The translations under genes were made by a program, and so were the position numbers. This document shows, in pieces, positions 19,880 through 29,338 of a stretch of 64,000 nucleotides of DNA. Location: the NCBI GenBank assembly GCA_964195905.1, contig CAXMQV010000005.1, positions 10,326-74,325 of the forward strand. The letters are read 5' to 3'. This stretch comes from an uncultured Gammaproteobacteria bacterium. Its GTDB lineage: Bacteria; Actinomycetota; Acidimicrobiia; Spongiisociales; SHLN01. Each line of letters starts with the position of its first letter. The first letter of the stretch is position 1. The notes under the pieces were generated by a model, which was not told the origin of the DNA, searched no databases, and saw only the letters and a list, made by a program, of their open reading frames with translations.

Positions 19880-20006
19880 TCCCGGGCTCCCTCCTATTGA
19901 TAGTGGCCGCGGCATCGGTGAAGCATATCTCCGGTCACCGGTCACCCGCCAGAGGGGCGGCACGCCAGCCGGGAGCGGAGAACACCACTTGCCGTAGGCT
20001 TCTCCG

Positions 20007-20552
20007 ATGGCTTCGCTTTGGGACACGCTTACTGACCTGCCTGCCGATCATGTTGGGACACATCCGCCCACTGCGGCGGTGCTGGTTCCGCTATTCGAGG
20101 ACGATGACGGGATCGTGCGCGTGGTGATCACCAAGCGGCCCGACCACATGCCGTCGCACCCCGGTCAGCTGGCGTTTCCGGGAGGGAAGATCGATCCGAT
20201 CGATGACTCGGTGCTGGCTGCCGCGCTTCGCGAAGCTGACGAAGAGGTAGGAATTCAGGCCCATCAAGTGACGCCGCTCGGTTTCCTGGATCCGGTTTCG
20301 ACGAACCGCTTCGACGTGGTCGTAGCGCCGGTGGTTGGCCGGCTGGACGGCGTGCCGCGACTCGTTCCTGACCCTGCCGAGGTCGCCTCAACGATGGTGC
20401 CGCCCCTTCACCATTTCCTGAATGAGGAACGCTGGCGAACCGAGAACTGGTCCGGTCACGACCTCTGGTTCATTGAAGTCGAGGGCGAGGTGCTGTGGGG
20501 CGCCTCGGCCGCCATCATGCGATCGTTGCTCGCCGTCGTCAGAGGGCAGTGA
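20007..20552 (+). CDS. NUDIX hydrolase, CoA pyrophosphatase-like
   Basis: LAFPGGKIDPIDDSVLAAALREADEEVGI Nudix box, preceded by a VVITKRPDHMPSHPGQ motif. Confidence 0.78.
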   Translation: MASLWDTLTDLPADHVGTHPPTAAVLVPLFEDDDGIVRVVITKRPDHMPSHPGQLAFPGGKIDPIDDSVLAAALREADEEVGIQAHQVTPLGFLDPVSTNRFDVVVAPVVGRLDGVPRLVPDPAEVASTMVPPLHHFLNEERWRTENWSGHDLWFIEVEGEVLWGASAAIMRSLLAVVRGQ

Positions 20553-21276
20553 ACAACGGCGCCAGGATGAGCGCCGGCAGCAGGTTGCCGACCCGGATCC
20601 GTTTCAGGTCGAGCAGTCGGAGCGACACCCCCAGTAGCAGGATGCCTCCGGCCGAGGTCAGAGCGTCGAGGGAGGTATCTGATAGGAAGTCGCCGAGCAG
20701 CGCTGAGAGCCCGGCAATCCCGCCCTGGACAACGAATACAGTGACGGCTGAGAGGATGACGCCCCATCCATACACTGCCGCGAAGGCGGCGGAGGCGAAC
20801 CCGTCCAGGCCGGCCTTGATGTAGAGCAGCTCCGGATCACCCAGCCCGTCGTTGATGCTGCCGAGCACGGTGAGAGGACCGACACAGAACACGAGTGACG
20901 CGACGACAAAGCCCTCGGCGAATCGGCTGCCGCCGTCGGCAGGCAGATCCTCGATGGCTGCCTCGGGTAGTTCGGGGTCGATGGCGGGAGAGAGGTGCTG
21001 GCCTGCGAAGCGATCGCGCAACCGCTCTCCCAGCCACTCAAGGCCCTGTTCGATGCGCAGCAACTCTCCGATGACGCCCCCGGCGAGGATCGCCGCCAGG
21101 ATCGGAATGAACTCCGTCGCTGCCAGCGAATCCCGAAAGCCGATGGCCAGCGTCAGCAACCCGAGTCCGGCCATCACCGTCGACCGGATCCGCTCGGGGA
21201 ATCGGGACCCGGCGAGGGCGCCCACTGTGGATCCGATCAGGACCGTGGCGACATTGGCGGCGGTTCCGAGGAGCAT
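20539..21276 (-). CDS. DUF554-family membrane protein
   Basis: MLLGTAANVATVLIGSTVGALAGSRFPERIR N-terminus typical of DUF554. Seven or so hydrophobic segments. Confidence 0.7.
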   Translation of the reverse strand: MLLGTAANVATVLIGSTVGALAGSRFPERIRSTVMAGLGLLTLAIGFRDSLAATEFIPILAAILAGGVIGELLRIEQGLEWLGERLRDRFAGQHLSPAIDPELPEAAIEDLPADGGSRFAEGFVVASLVFCVGPLTVLGSINDGLGDPELLYIKAGLDGFASAAFAAVYGWGVILSAVTVFVVQGGIAGLSALLGDFLSDTSLDALTSAGGILLLGVSLRLLDLKRIRVGNLLPALILAPLFTAL

Positions 21277-21277
21277 G

Positions 21278-22834
21278 TCAGGTCAGCCGGAGCAGGCCGA
21301 CCACAACCCCGTCGGCGACCGCTTCCCACGACGCCTCGATGATGTTCTCATGGACGCCGATGGTTCCCCACGCCTCCTTGCCGTCGCTCATCTCGAGCAG
21401 AACCCGGGTGACGGCGGCCGTTCCTGCCGCCGGGTCGAGCACTCGTACCCGGTAGTCGGTGAGCCGGAGGTGCTCGACGACCGGATACGCTCCGGCCAGG
21501 GCCTGTCGAAGTGCCCTGTCGAGGGCATTGACGGGCCCGTCACCCTCGGCTGTAGCCACGACCCGCTCGCCTTGCACGTGGACTTTGATGGTCGCCTCGG
21601 CGATGACGTCGCCACCGACACGACGCTCGGTGAAGACCCGGAACGATTCCAGCTCGAAGAACGGCTGCACCCAGCCGGTCGCTTGCCGGACCAGCAACTC
21701 GAAGGTGCCGTCGGCCGCCTCGATCTGGTAGCCCCGGGTCTCTAGCTCTTTGACGGTGGCGAGGATGCTGGCTGCGGTCTCGTCGTCCAGATTCAAACCT
21801 TGCTCGCGAGCCTTGCCGAGCACGGTCGATCGGCCTGCCATTTCCGACACCACCATCCGCGTGGTGTTGCCGACCTCGGCAGGGCTGATGTGCTCATAGG
21901 CGTCGGATCGGCGGGCAAGTGCCGAGGTATGGAGCCCGGCCTTGTGGGCAAACGCCGAGGTCCCCACATACGGATGATGGGGATCCACGGTGACGTTGAC
22001 GAGGTCGGCAATGAGATGCGAGATGGTGGTGAGCCGGGTGAGCCGTTCCTTCGGTATCGCGTCGATCCCGAGCTTGAGAACGAGGTCGGGCAGAACCGTG
22101 CACAAGTCGGCGTTCCCGGTGCGCTCGCCGTAGCCGTTGATACAGCCTTGCACCTGGGTCACACCGGCCTCAACCGCCGCCAGGGTATTGGCGACGGCGC
22201 ACCCCGAGTCGTTGTGGGTGTGGATGCCGAGGACGGCCGCAGGCACCGCTGCTCTGGCGGCCGCGACGGCTGCGGCGATGGAGGACGGGAGGCCGCCCCC
22301 GTTCGTGTCGCACAGGATGACCCGCTCGGCGCCTGCTTCCGTGGCGGCGGCCACCACCTGGAGCGCGTATTCGGGGCTGTGAGTGAATCCGTCGAAGAAG
22401 TGCTCGGCGTCGAGGAACACCCGCTTGCCCTCCGAGCGCAGGAAGGTGACCGTGTCGGTGACCATGGCAAGGCCTTCTTCGAGCGTGGTACGGAGCGCCT
22501 CGGTCACGTGGTAGTCCCATGACTTGCCGACCACACAGATCACCTCGGTGTTGGCGTCGAGCAGTGCCTGCAGCTGAGGATCCGACGCCGCCTCGATGCC
22601 GGCCCGGCGGGTGGAACCGAACGCCACGAGCGTGGAGAGGTCGAGATCGAGTTCTTTTTCGGCCCGGATGAAGAACTCGGTGTCCTTGGGGAGTGCGCCC
22701 GGCCAGCCACCTTCGATGTAATGGACTCCCAACTCGTCGAGAAGGACGGCGATGCGCAGCTTCTCCTCCACCGTCAGGCTGATGCCCTCCCGCTGGGTTC
22801 CGTCGCGCAGGGTGGTGTCATAGATCTCGACCAT
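21278..22834 (-). CDS. cimA: Citramalate synthase (LeuA-related, CimA-type)
   Basis: MVEIYDTTLRDGTQREGISLTVEEKLRIAVLLDELGVHYIEGGWPG, HTHND, and a C-terminal LeuA-dimer-like domain. ATG 22834 is preceded by SD aaggaggaggg; the ORF extension to 22888 is rejected. Confidence 0.78.
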   Translation of the reverse strand: MVEIYDTTLRDGTQREGISLTVEEKLRIAVLLDELGVHYIEGGWPGALPKDTEFFIRAEKELDLDLSTLVAFGSTRRAGIEAASDPQLQALLDANTEVICVVGKSWDYHVTEALRTTLEEGLAMVTDTVTFLRSEGKRVFLDAEHFFDGFTHSPEYALQVVAAATEAGAERVILCDTNGGGLPSSIAAAVAAARAAVPAAVLGIHTHNDSGCAVANTLAAVEAGVTQVQGCINGYGERTGNADLCTVLPDLVLKLGIDAIPKERLTRLTTISHLIADLVNVTVDPHHPYVGTSAFAHKAGLHTSALARRSDAYEHISPAEVGNTTRMVVSEMAGRSTVLGKAREQGLNLDDETAASILATVKELETRGYQIEAADGTFELLVRQATGWVQPFFELESFRVFTERRVGGDVIAEATIKVHVQGERVVATAEGDGPVNALDRALRQALAGAYPVVEHLRLTDYRVRVLDPAAGTAAVTRVLLEMSDGKEAWGTIGVHENIIEASWEAVADGVVVGLLRLT

Positions 22835-22851
22835 CCCTCCTCCTTTCAATG

Positions 22852-22877
22852 AAAAACCCTCCGGGTTTTCCGAAGGG
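22852..22877 (-). terminator. Intrinsic-terminator-like hairpin + U5 inside the cimA 5' leader (candidate attenuator)
   Basis: The minus strand reads cccuucgg-aaaac-ccggaggg-uuuuu (8 bp with one G.U). It ends 5 nt before the cimA SD. Confidence 0.55.
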
Positions 22878-22906
22878 CAGGGGCGCATACGTCGGCGACG
22901 TATGCG

Positions 22907-22936
22907 CTAGGTAATGAGGATCTGGGTCTTGGCCAC
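22907..22936 (-). CDS. Candidate leaderless leader peptide M-A-K-T-Q-I-L-I-T
   Basis: gtg gcc aag acc cag atc ctc att acc tag. The GTG lies 6 nt after the candidate -10, and the TAG abuts the hairpin gcgcatacgtc-gcc-gacgtatgcgc (22883-22907). Confidence 0.4.
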   Translation of the reverse strand: MAKTQILIT

Positions 22937-22942
22937 GGGTGC

Positions 22943-22971
22943 AGTTTGGTGGGAGCGCGGGAGTAAGTCAA
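22943..22971 (-). promoter_or_regulatory. Candidate promoter for the cimA leader
   Basis: -35 TTGACT (22971-22966), 17-nt spacer, -10 CAAACT (22948-22943) on the minus strand. Confidence 0.4.
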
Positions 22972-22977
22972 TACGCA

Positions 22978-23044
22978 GTTCACAGTTCACAGTTCACAGC
23001 CGGAACCTGCGGCGATAACTGCTGACTGTCAACTGTCAACAGTT
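22978..23044. repeat. Heptamer inverted pair GTTCACA x3 / CTGTCAA x2 with a 25-nt spacer
   Basis: Left arm 22978-22998, right arm 23024-23044. Pairing leaves one C.C mismatch per heptamer. The spacer starts gccggaac, as does the spacer at 3348. Confidence 0.85.
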
Positions 23045-23090
23045 GGCTATCTGCCCGGGATCGGGAACCAGCAACTAACCTCGTCGTTCT

Positions 23091-24074
23091 ATGCCAAAAC
23101 AAGTCGTCTTCTCTGGTATTCAGCCGACCGGTGACATCCACATCGGCAACTACCTCGGCGCTCTGCGCAACTGGGTGCGTCTTCAGGATGAGTACGAGAC
23201 CATCTACTGCGTTGTCGACCTGCATGCATTGACCGTCCCGCAGGATCCTGCCGTATTCGAGAAGGACCGCTTGGAGGCGGCCAAGATGGTGATGGCGGCC
23301 GGGGTTGACCCGACCACGTCGTCGTTCTATTACCAGAGCCAGGTGCCCCAGCACACCGAATTGTCCTGGATCCTCGGCACTCTCACCCAGCTCGGGTCGC
23401 TCAATCGGATGACCCAGTTCAAGGACAAGTCAGATCGGGTGGGAGCCAATCTCGGTCTGTATTCCTATCCCGTACTGATGGCGGCCGACATCCTCATCCA
23501 CCACGCCCACAAGGTACCGGTGGGCGAAGATCAGACTCAGCATCTCGAGCTCGCCCGCGACCTGGCCGAGCGGTTCAACCGGCGTTACGGCGATGAGTTC
23601 CCGGTCCCGGAAGGCATCATCCCCGAGCATGGCGCCCGCATCATGTCTCTGCAGGACCCCACCTCGAAGATGTCCAAATCCGACCCGAATCAGGGGAGCC
23701 GGATTCTCCTACTCGATGGGCCCGACGTCGTCCGCAAGAAGGTAGGGCGGGCCGTGACAGACTCGGGCACCGGGATCGAGTATGACTGGGAGAAGAAGCC
23801 CGGCATCACCAACTTGCTCGAGATCCTGGCGCTCTTCCAGGACACACCGGTCGAGACGCTGGCTGAGGAGCACCACGACAAGCAGTACGGGGCGTTCAAG
23901 CAACTCGTGGCCGAGGCCGTCGTCGACGGTTTGGCGCCGATCCGTTCCGCCTACAGCGTCCTCGAGGATGAAGAGGTATCGCGCCTCATGAACAAGGGCG
24001 CCCTCGACGCCCGCTCAAGCGCGGAGAAGTATCAAGTCGGCGTGAGGCAGAAGGTTGGGTTGACGGGGCACTAG
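23091..24074 (+). CDS. trpS: Tryptophan--tRNA ligase
   Basis: VFSGIQPTGDIHIGNYLGA (HIGH region) and KMSKS. Confidence 0.95.
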   Translation: MPKQVVFSGIQPTGDIHIGNYLGALRNWVRLQDEYETIYCVVDLHALTVPQDPAVFEKDRLEAAKMVMAAGVDPTTSSFYYQSQVPQHTELSWILGTLTQLGSLNRMTQFKDKSDRVGANLGLYSYPVLMAADILIHHAHKVPVGEDQTQHLELARDLAERFNRRYGDEFPVPEGIIPEHGARIMSLQDPTSKMSKSDPNQGSRILLLDGPDVVRKKVGRAVTDSGTGIEYDWEKKPGITNLLEILALFQDTPVETLAEEHHDKQYGAFKQLVAEAVVDGLAPIRSAYSVLEDEEVSRLMNKGALDARSSAEKYQVGVRQKVGLTGH

Positions 24075-24137
24075 CGAGCCGACCGCCAACCGCCCACCGA
24101 CAAGTTGCGGTCGACGATGGGCGGTGGGCATCTTTTC
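24074..24137. repeat. Heptamer-phased element after trpS, ending in a T run
   Basis: GCGAGCC GACCGCC AACCGCC CACCGAC (24074-24101), then GCGGTCG ACGATGG GCGGTGG (24107-24127), then catcttttcg. Related to the element after glmM. Confidence 0.8.
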
Positions 24138-24191
24138 GCGATCTACCTCGAGGTCGGATCTGACTGCTGGCACCGCTAGTACCCTCCCGCT

Positions 24192-25352
24192 ATGGCAGAA
24201 ATCGAGATCGGCATTGGCAAGTCTGGTCGTCAGGCGTATGGCTTCGACGACATCGCAATCGTCCCCTCCCGGCGCACGCGGGATCCTGAGGACGTTGACT
24301 TGAGCTGGGAGATCGACGCCTACAAGTTCGATTTGCCACTCATGGCCTCGGCGATGGACTCGGGGGTGAGTCCCGAGACTGCGGTCGAGATCGGCCGTCT
24401 CGGTGGCCTGGCAGTTCTGAACCTCGAAGGCCTCTGGACGAGGTACGAGGACCCCTCTGCGCAGCTTGAAGAGATCGCCTCGCTCCCTGCCGAAAAGGCA
24501 ACCCGCCGCATGCAGGAGATCTACCAGGAGCCACTCAAGCCCGAGCTCATCGGTCGGAGGATCGCTGACCTGCGAAGCGCCGGGATCATCACCGCTGCCA
24601 GCCTCACCCCCCAGCGGGTACAGGAGTATGCCGGCCTCACCACCGACGCCGGCCTCCACATTCTCGTGATCCAGGGCACGGTGGTCTCGGCTGAGCACGT
24701 CTCGAGTCGGGAAGAGCCACTCAACCTGAAGGAATTCATTCGGAACTTCGAACTACCGGTCATCGTCGGCGGTGTCGCCTCCTACTCCACCGCGCTTCAT
24801 CTGATGCGCACCGGAGCGGTCGGTGTGCTGGTCGGTGTGGGACCGGGAGCAGCCTGCACTACCCGTGGGGTCCTCGGTATTGGAGTGCCCCAGGCCACCG
24901 CCATCGCCGACGCGGCCGGAGCCCGTATGTCCTACCTGGACGAAACAGGCCGCTATGTCCATGTCATCGCCGATGGTGGCATGCGTCGGGGCGGAGACAT
25001 TGCCAAGGCGATCGCCTGCGGCGCCGACGCCGTGATGATCGGCTCGCCACTGGCGTCGGCCGTGGAATCGCCCGGGAGGGGCGTGCACTGGGGTATGGCC
25101 ACCTTCCACCCCACCCTGCCGCGGGGAGCCCGGGTCGAGGTTGGCAAGCTCGGCACTCTTGAGGAGATTCTGGTCGGCCCCGCCTACGAGAACGACGGAC
25201 GGCGCAATCTCTTCGGTGGCTTGCGCGTTTCCATGGCCACCACCGGCTACGAGACCATCAAGGACTTCCAGAAGGCCGAGGTCATGATTGCCCCCGCCCT
25301 CCAGACCGAGGGCAAGGCCCTGCAAAAGGCTCAACAGGTAGGGATGGCTTGA
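24192..25352 (+). CDS. guaB3: GuaB3-type IMP dehydrogenase-related protein
   Basis: [33 protein letters not shown]-terminus and a TIM-barrel IMPDH core without a CBS pair. Confidence 0.78.
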   Translation: MAEIEIGIGKSGRQAYGFDDIAIVPSRRTRDPEDVDLSWEIDAYKFDLPLMASAMDSGVSPETAVEIGRLGGLAVLNLEGLWTRYEDPSAQLEEIASLPAEKATRRMQEIYQEPLKPELIGRRIADLRSAGIITAASLTPQRVQEYAGLTTDAGLHILVIQGTVVSAEHVSSREEPLNLKEFIRNFELPVIVGGVASYSTALHLMRTGAVGVLVGVGPGAACTTRGVLGIGVPQATAIADAAGARMSYLDETGRYVHVIADGGMRRGGDIAKAIACGADAVMIGSPLASAVESPGRGVHWGMATFHPTLPRGARVEVGKLGTLEEILVGPAYENDGRRNLFGGLRVSMATTGYETIKDFQKAEVMIAPALQTEGKALQKAQQVGMA

Positions 25353-26905
25353 TGCAACCGATTCACGAAGAAGGCTTCGACCGGGTCCTGGTGGTCGACT
25401 TCGGAGCTCAGTACGCCCAGCTGATTGCCCGCCGGGTCCGAGAGGCCCACGTGTTCTCGGAGATCGTTCCTCGTGACACGACTGCTGTCGAAGCGGCGGA
25501 GAAGAACCCGACCGCCATCATCCTGTCGGGGGGTCCAGCGTCGGTGTATGCGGAGAATGCCTACGACATCGACCCGGGCTTCTTCGAGCTCGGGATTCCG
25601 GTGTTCGGCATTTGCTATGGACACCAGCTGCTGGCCCACGGTCTCGGGGGTGTTGTCGACCATCGAGAAGCCGGCGAGTACGGCAAGGCGGATCTCGAAA
25701 CGACCGGCGAGTCGTCTGTCTTGTTCTCTGAGCTGCCCGAGAACCAGCCGGTATGGATGAGCCACGGCGATGCCGTGGTCAAGGCACCGCCCGGATTCGT
25801 GGTTACGGCCAACACCCCGGGCTCGCCGGTGGCCGCCATGGAGGACCCGGCTCGCCACTTCTACGGTGTCCAATTCCATCCGGAAGTCGCCCACACACCG
25901 CGTGGTCAGGAGATCCTCAAACAGTTCTTGTACGAGGCAGCCGGTGCCCGGCCGACGTGGACCCACGTGTCGATCATCGAACGTTCGGTCGATCACATCC
26001 GGGCCCAGGTCGGCGACCGCAAGGTCATCTGTGGGCTCTCGGGCGGGGTCGACTCGGCGGTGGCTGCCGCCCTCGTGCACAAGGCAGTTGGTGATCAGCT
26101 CACCTGCGTATTCATCGATCACGGCCTGCTTCGGTCTGGAGAGGCCGAACAGGTGGTCGAAACCTTTGATCGGGCCTTTCACATGAACCTCATCCATGTC
26201 GAGGCGGCCGACCGGTTCGTGTCGGCTTTGGAGGGCATCACCGACCCGGAACGCAAGCGGATGATTATCGGAGAGACGTTTATCCGGGTGTTTGAAGAAG
26301 TGGCGGCCGATCTGGAAGACGTCGATTTGCTTGTCCAGGGCACCCTCTACCCCGACATCATCGAATCGGGAACCAAGGACGCAGCCAGGATCAAGAGTCA
26401 CCACAACGTGGGCGGTCTACCCGACGACATGCAATTCGAGCTGGTTGAGCCCCTCAGGGATCTCTTCAAGGACGAGGTACGGGCGGTCGGCGAAGAATTG
26501 GGACTGCCCGACGAGATCGTGTGGCGCCAACCATTTCCCGGACCCGGTTTGGCCATCCGCATCATCGGCGAGGTCACCGAGGAACGTCTCGACATACTCC
26601 GGGCCGCCGATCACATCATCAGCGAGGAAGTACGCAGGGCCGGGCTCTACAAGGAGTTGTGGCAGTCGTTCGGGGTGCTGGCCGGCATTCGGACCGTCGG
26701 CGTGCAGGGCGATGAACGCACCTACGCCCACCCCCTGATACTCCGTGCCGTCACTTCCGACGACGCCATGACCGCCGACTGGGCCCGGCTTCCCTACGAC
26801 CTGCTCGAACGGATCTCATCTCGGGTCATCAACGAAGTGGATGGAATCAACCGGGTCACCTACGACATTTCCTCGAAACCGCCCGCAACGATCGAGTGGG
26901 AATAG
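25352..26905 (+). CDS. guaA: GMP synthase (glutamine-hydrolysing)
   Basis: GATase ICYGHQLL, the ATP-PPase motif [10 protein letters not shown], and a ...PPATIEWE C-terminus. Start is ATG 25352 (TGATG overlap) or TTG 25349. Confidence 0.95.
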   Translation: MQPIHEEGFDRVLVVDFGAQYAQLIARRVREAHVFSEIVPRDTTAVEAAEKNPTAIILSGGPASVYAENAYDIDPGFFELGIPVFGICYGHQLLAHGLGGVVDHREAGEYGKADLETTGESSVLFSELPENQPVWMSHGDAVVKAPPGFVVTANTPGSPVAAMEDPARHFYGVQFHPEVAHTPRGQEILKQFLYEAAGARPTWTHVSIIERSVDHIRAQVGDRKVICGLSGGVDSAVAAALVHKAVGDQLTCVFIDHGLLRSGEAEQVVETFDRAFHMNLIHVEAADRFVSALEGITDPERKRMIIGETFIRVFEEVAADLEDVDLLVQGTLYPDIIESGTKDAARIKSHHNVGGLPDDMQFELVEPLRDLFKDEVRAVGEELGLPDEIVWRQPFPGPGLAIRIIGEVTEERLDILRAADHIISEEVRRAGLYKELWQSFGVLAGIRTVGVQGDERTYAHPLILRAVTSDDAMTADWARLPYDLLERISSRVINEVDGINRVTYDISSKPPATIEWE

Positions 26906-26906
26906 C

Positions 26907-26927
26907 GGTCACCTGTCACCGGTCACC
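26907..26927. repeat. Heptamer array GGTCACC TGTCACC GGTCACC, 2 nt after the guaA stop
   Basis: Read directly. Confidence 0.85.
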
Positions 26928-27018
26928 GGCAACGCCTGAAGCGTTGCTAGCTATCAGGCGTCCGGCGCTCGCTTTCAGGCATCCGTTGATTGCGTTCTCC
27001 CCACTGGTGGGAACGCTA

Positions 27019-27053
27019 ATGCCGGTTGTCTGATGCCGGTTGTCTGGTGCCGG
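27019..27053. repeat. 14-nt direct repeat in 7-nt phase: ATGCCGG TTGTCTG ATGCCGG TTGTCTG GTGCCGG
   Basis: Read directly. Lies upstream of (or inside the 5' extension of) the CheA-like gene. Confidence 0.8.
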
Positions 27054-27145
27054 ATTCCGATGGGCAGCTTTCGTCTATTGCCTCAAGCCAACTGATCTCC
27101 TTGTCGATACCGCTTGCTAGTCCCTCGAGAACTGGCAAGGAATCC

Positions 27146-29338
27146 GTGGACTGGAATCAAGACGACGAATTGCAGGGGATCTTCCGGACGGAGATGGAAG
27201 ATCGATCACCGCGCCTCGTTGACGGCGCTCAAGCCATGATCGACGGGACCCTCACAGCCGAAGTGACTGAGACTTGCGCCCGCGAAGCTCACACGATCAA
27301 GGGAACGGCCAAAGTAATGGGCTTCGCCGCCATCGGCGATGCCGGTGGCCGGCTCGAGTCGGATTGGAAGGCAGTCCAGGATCACACCCTCGATCCGAGC
27401 GCCGAGCTCGGTCGCCGATTCCTCGCCGTCAGTCAACAGCTCGTGTCGGCGATTGACGCCGATCCCGAGCAGGGAACGCCCGAGCTCTCAGCTGCCCTCG
27501 GTGCCCTCATCCGGGGGGAAGAACCTCCTGCCGCGGCAATGGCTGAGGTCGCTGAGGCTCTCCCGAGCCCCATCTCGCTGGGAGATGTGCCGATCGCTGC
27601 CGATCAACCCGCTCCATATGATCACACCGGGGGTCCGGGGCTCATCGTCATCGATGGGGCGAAGGGCGACAACCCTCCGCCCGATCCGAACGTCGGCAAC
27701 CTTGGAGGTCTGCTTTCCTCCACCGAGACGTTCTCCTCGGGAGAGACGACCGGTGTTGATACCGCCAAGCTCTATCGGCTAATCAATCGGGTGGCCGAGC
27801 TCAGGCTCGACGCTGAGGCATTGAGCACAACGGTGGAGGCGCTGCGATTGGCCACCACCTCCAGCCCGCGCGAAGTGGCTTCGCTCGCCAGTCGCTGGGA
27901 GGCTGCCATCCACGACATAACCGCGGCGGTCGCCGAGATCCAGCAGCAGGCGGTCACACTCGTCGCGGTCCCGCTGTCGACAGTGACCGGCACGGTTCCC
28001 GGCCTCGTTCGATTCCTGGCCAAGAAGACCGGCCGCGAGGTCCGTCTCGAAATCGTCGACGACGACATCGAAGTCGACCTGCAGATTCTCGAGAATCTGG
28101 CAGATGCGTTCCGCAACCTGATCGTGAACTCCATCGAGCATGGCCTCGAGAACCCCGAGGATCGCCTCCACGCCGGGAAACCGGCCGCCGGCACACTGTC
28201 GATTCGTGCCTCGGTCGATGATGGGCGCCTTAGCTTGTCAGTCAGTGATGATGGCAAGGGTCTTGATTGGGCCGCCTTGCGTCAGACCGCCATCCTCAAC
28301 GGACATCTTGCACCCGATGGAGAGATCGGCGAAGACCAGCTCCGGGTCCTTCTCTTCGAAACCGGAATCAGCACGTCGCCAACCCATAGTGAGTTGAGCG
28401 GGAGCGGCCAGGGCTTCGGAAACGTTGCCCGGCTTGTTCGCGACATGCGCGGGTCGGTCCGGCTGGAGACCGAGACGGGAGTAGGCACCACGGTCACGAT
28501 TACCGTCCCGGCTTTCCAGAGCCTCCAGCGGGCACTCATCGTGGAGGCTGCCGGCCGCCGCTGGGGTCTCGCTGAGCCCGCAGTGCTCGATCGCTTCTCC
28601 ATCCTCGACGCCGACCGGGTCACCGTGGCCGGAAGTCAGGAAATCGTTTGGGGTGACGGAATGCTGCCGATCGGGTCATTTGCCGCCGCCGCCGGCCTCT
28701 CCGACAGCGAACCACACCGCGATGTGGTCGTAATCTCCACTCAAGCGGGTCCCGCCGCGCTGGCAGTTACCTCTGTGATCGGAATCCGCGAAGTGGCGAC
28801 CAAGAGTCTCGGTCCGCTCGTCTCGGGGACCCATCTCATCACCGGCGCCGCCCTCCTCGGCGGGGGGGAGCTGGCTCTAATGCTCGACGCCAATGCACTC
28901 GGTGAAGCGAGTCGCCAATCTCGTTCCGGACTGGTGCCCGACCAATTGCCCCGGATCCTCGTGGTCGACGACTCGCCGGGGGTGCGTCAGATCGTCGCAG
29001 GTGCCCTGGCCGCCGGCGGCTTCGACACCGTCGTGGCCGCCTCGGCCGAGGAAGCGCTCGAGATCGTGGCGGGCGGGGGAGTGGACGGGATTGTGGTCGA
29101 CTATTCAATGCCGGGGTCAGACGGCATCGCGCTGGTGGAGGGCGTCCGGGCTCGCTCGGCCGTTCTCCCCATCGTGATGATGTCCGCGGTAGCGGAGCGT
29201 TCCGATCAGGACAGGGCGAAAGCAGCAGGCGTAAACGCCTATTTCGATAAGTCAGACTTCCGGGAAGGGGCCCTCGTATCAACCCTTCACTCCTTGCTGG
29301 AAAGTGCCGATAGGGGACGAGAGGCAAGAGCACGATGA
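27146..29338 (+). CDS. CheA-like hybrid histidine kinase (Hpt - dimerisation - HATPase - CheW-like - REC)
   Basis: Hpt EAHTIKGTAKVMGF. P4-like NLIVNSIEHGLE...DDGKGLD...SGSGQGFG. A CheW-like segment, then REC RILVVDDSPGVR...VDYSMPGSDG. The ORF is open from TTG 27026; GTG 27146 has an aagga SD. Confidence 0.8.
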   Translation: MDWNQDDELQGIFRTEMEDRSPRLVDGAQAMIDGTLTAEVTETCAREAHTIKGTAKVMGFAAIGDAGGRLESDWKAVQDHTLDPSAELGRRFLAVSQQLVSAIDADPEQGTPELSAALGALIRGEEPPAAAMAEVAEALPSPISLGDVPIAADQPAPYDHTGGPGLIVIDGAKGDNPPPDPNVGNLGGLLSSTETFSSGETTGVDTAKLYRLINRVAELRLDAEALSTTVEALRLATTSSPREVASLASRWEAAIHDITAAVAEIQQQAVTLVAVPLSTVTGTVPGLVRFLAKKTGREVRLEIVDDDIEVDLQILENLADAFRNLIVNSIEHGLENPEDRLHAGKPAAGTLSIRASVDDGRLSLSVSDDGKGLDWAALRQTAILNGHLAPDGEIGEDQLRVLLFETGISTSPTHSELSGSGQGFGNVARLVRDMRGSVRLETETGVGTTVTITVPAFQSLQRALIVEAAGRRWGLAEPAVLDRFSILDADRVTVAGSQEIVWGDGMLPIGSFAAAAGLSDSEPHRDVVVISTQAGPAALAVTSVIGIREVATKSLGPLVSGTHLITGAALLGGGELALMLDANALGEASRQSRSGLVPDQLPRILVVDDSPGVRQIVAGALAAGGFDTVVAASAEEALEIVAGGGVDGIVVDYSMPGSDGIALVEGVRARSAVLPIVMMSAVAERSDQDRAKAAGVNAYFDKSDFREGALVSTLHSLLESADRGREARAR

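Noticed and set aside
22857-22907. A full classical attenuator model (1:2 / 2:3 / 3:4 alternative pairings) for the cimA leader.
   Set aside because: I could fold the two hairpins but could not find a convincing antiterminator pairing by hand, so only the uORF-plus-terminator arrangement is claimed.
23004-23090. T-box or other riboswitch upstream of trpS. I also looked for riboswitches upstream of guaB3 (24075-24191).
   Set aside because: No T-box consensus (AGAGA/GNUGGNA-type) or purine-riboswitch core is visible. The spacers are occupied by heptamer elements.
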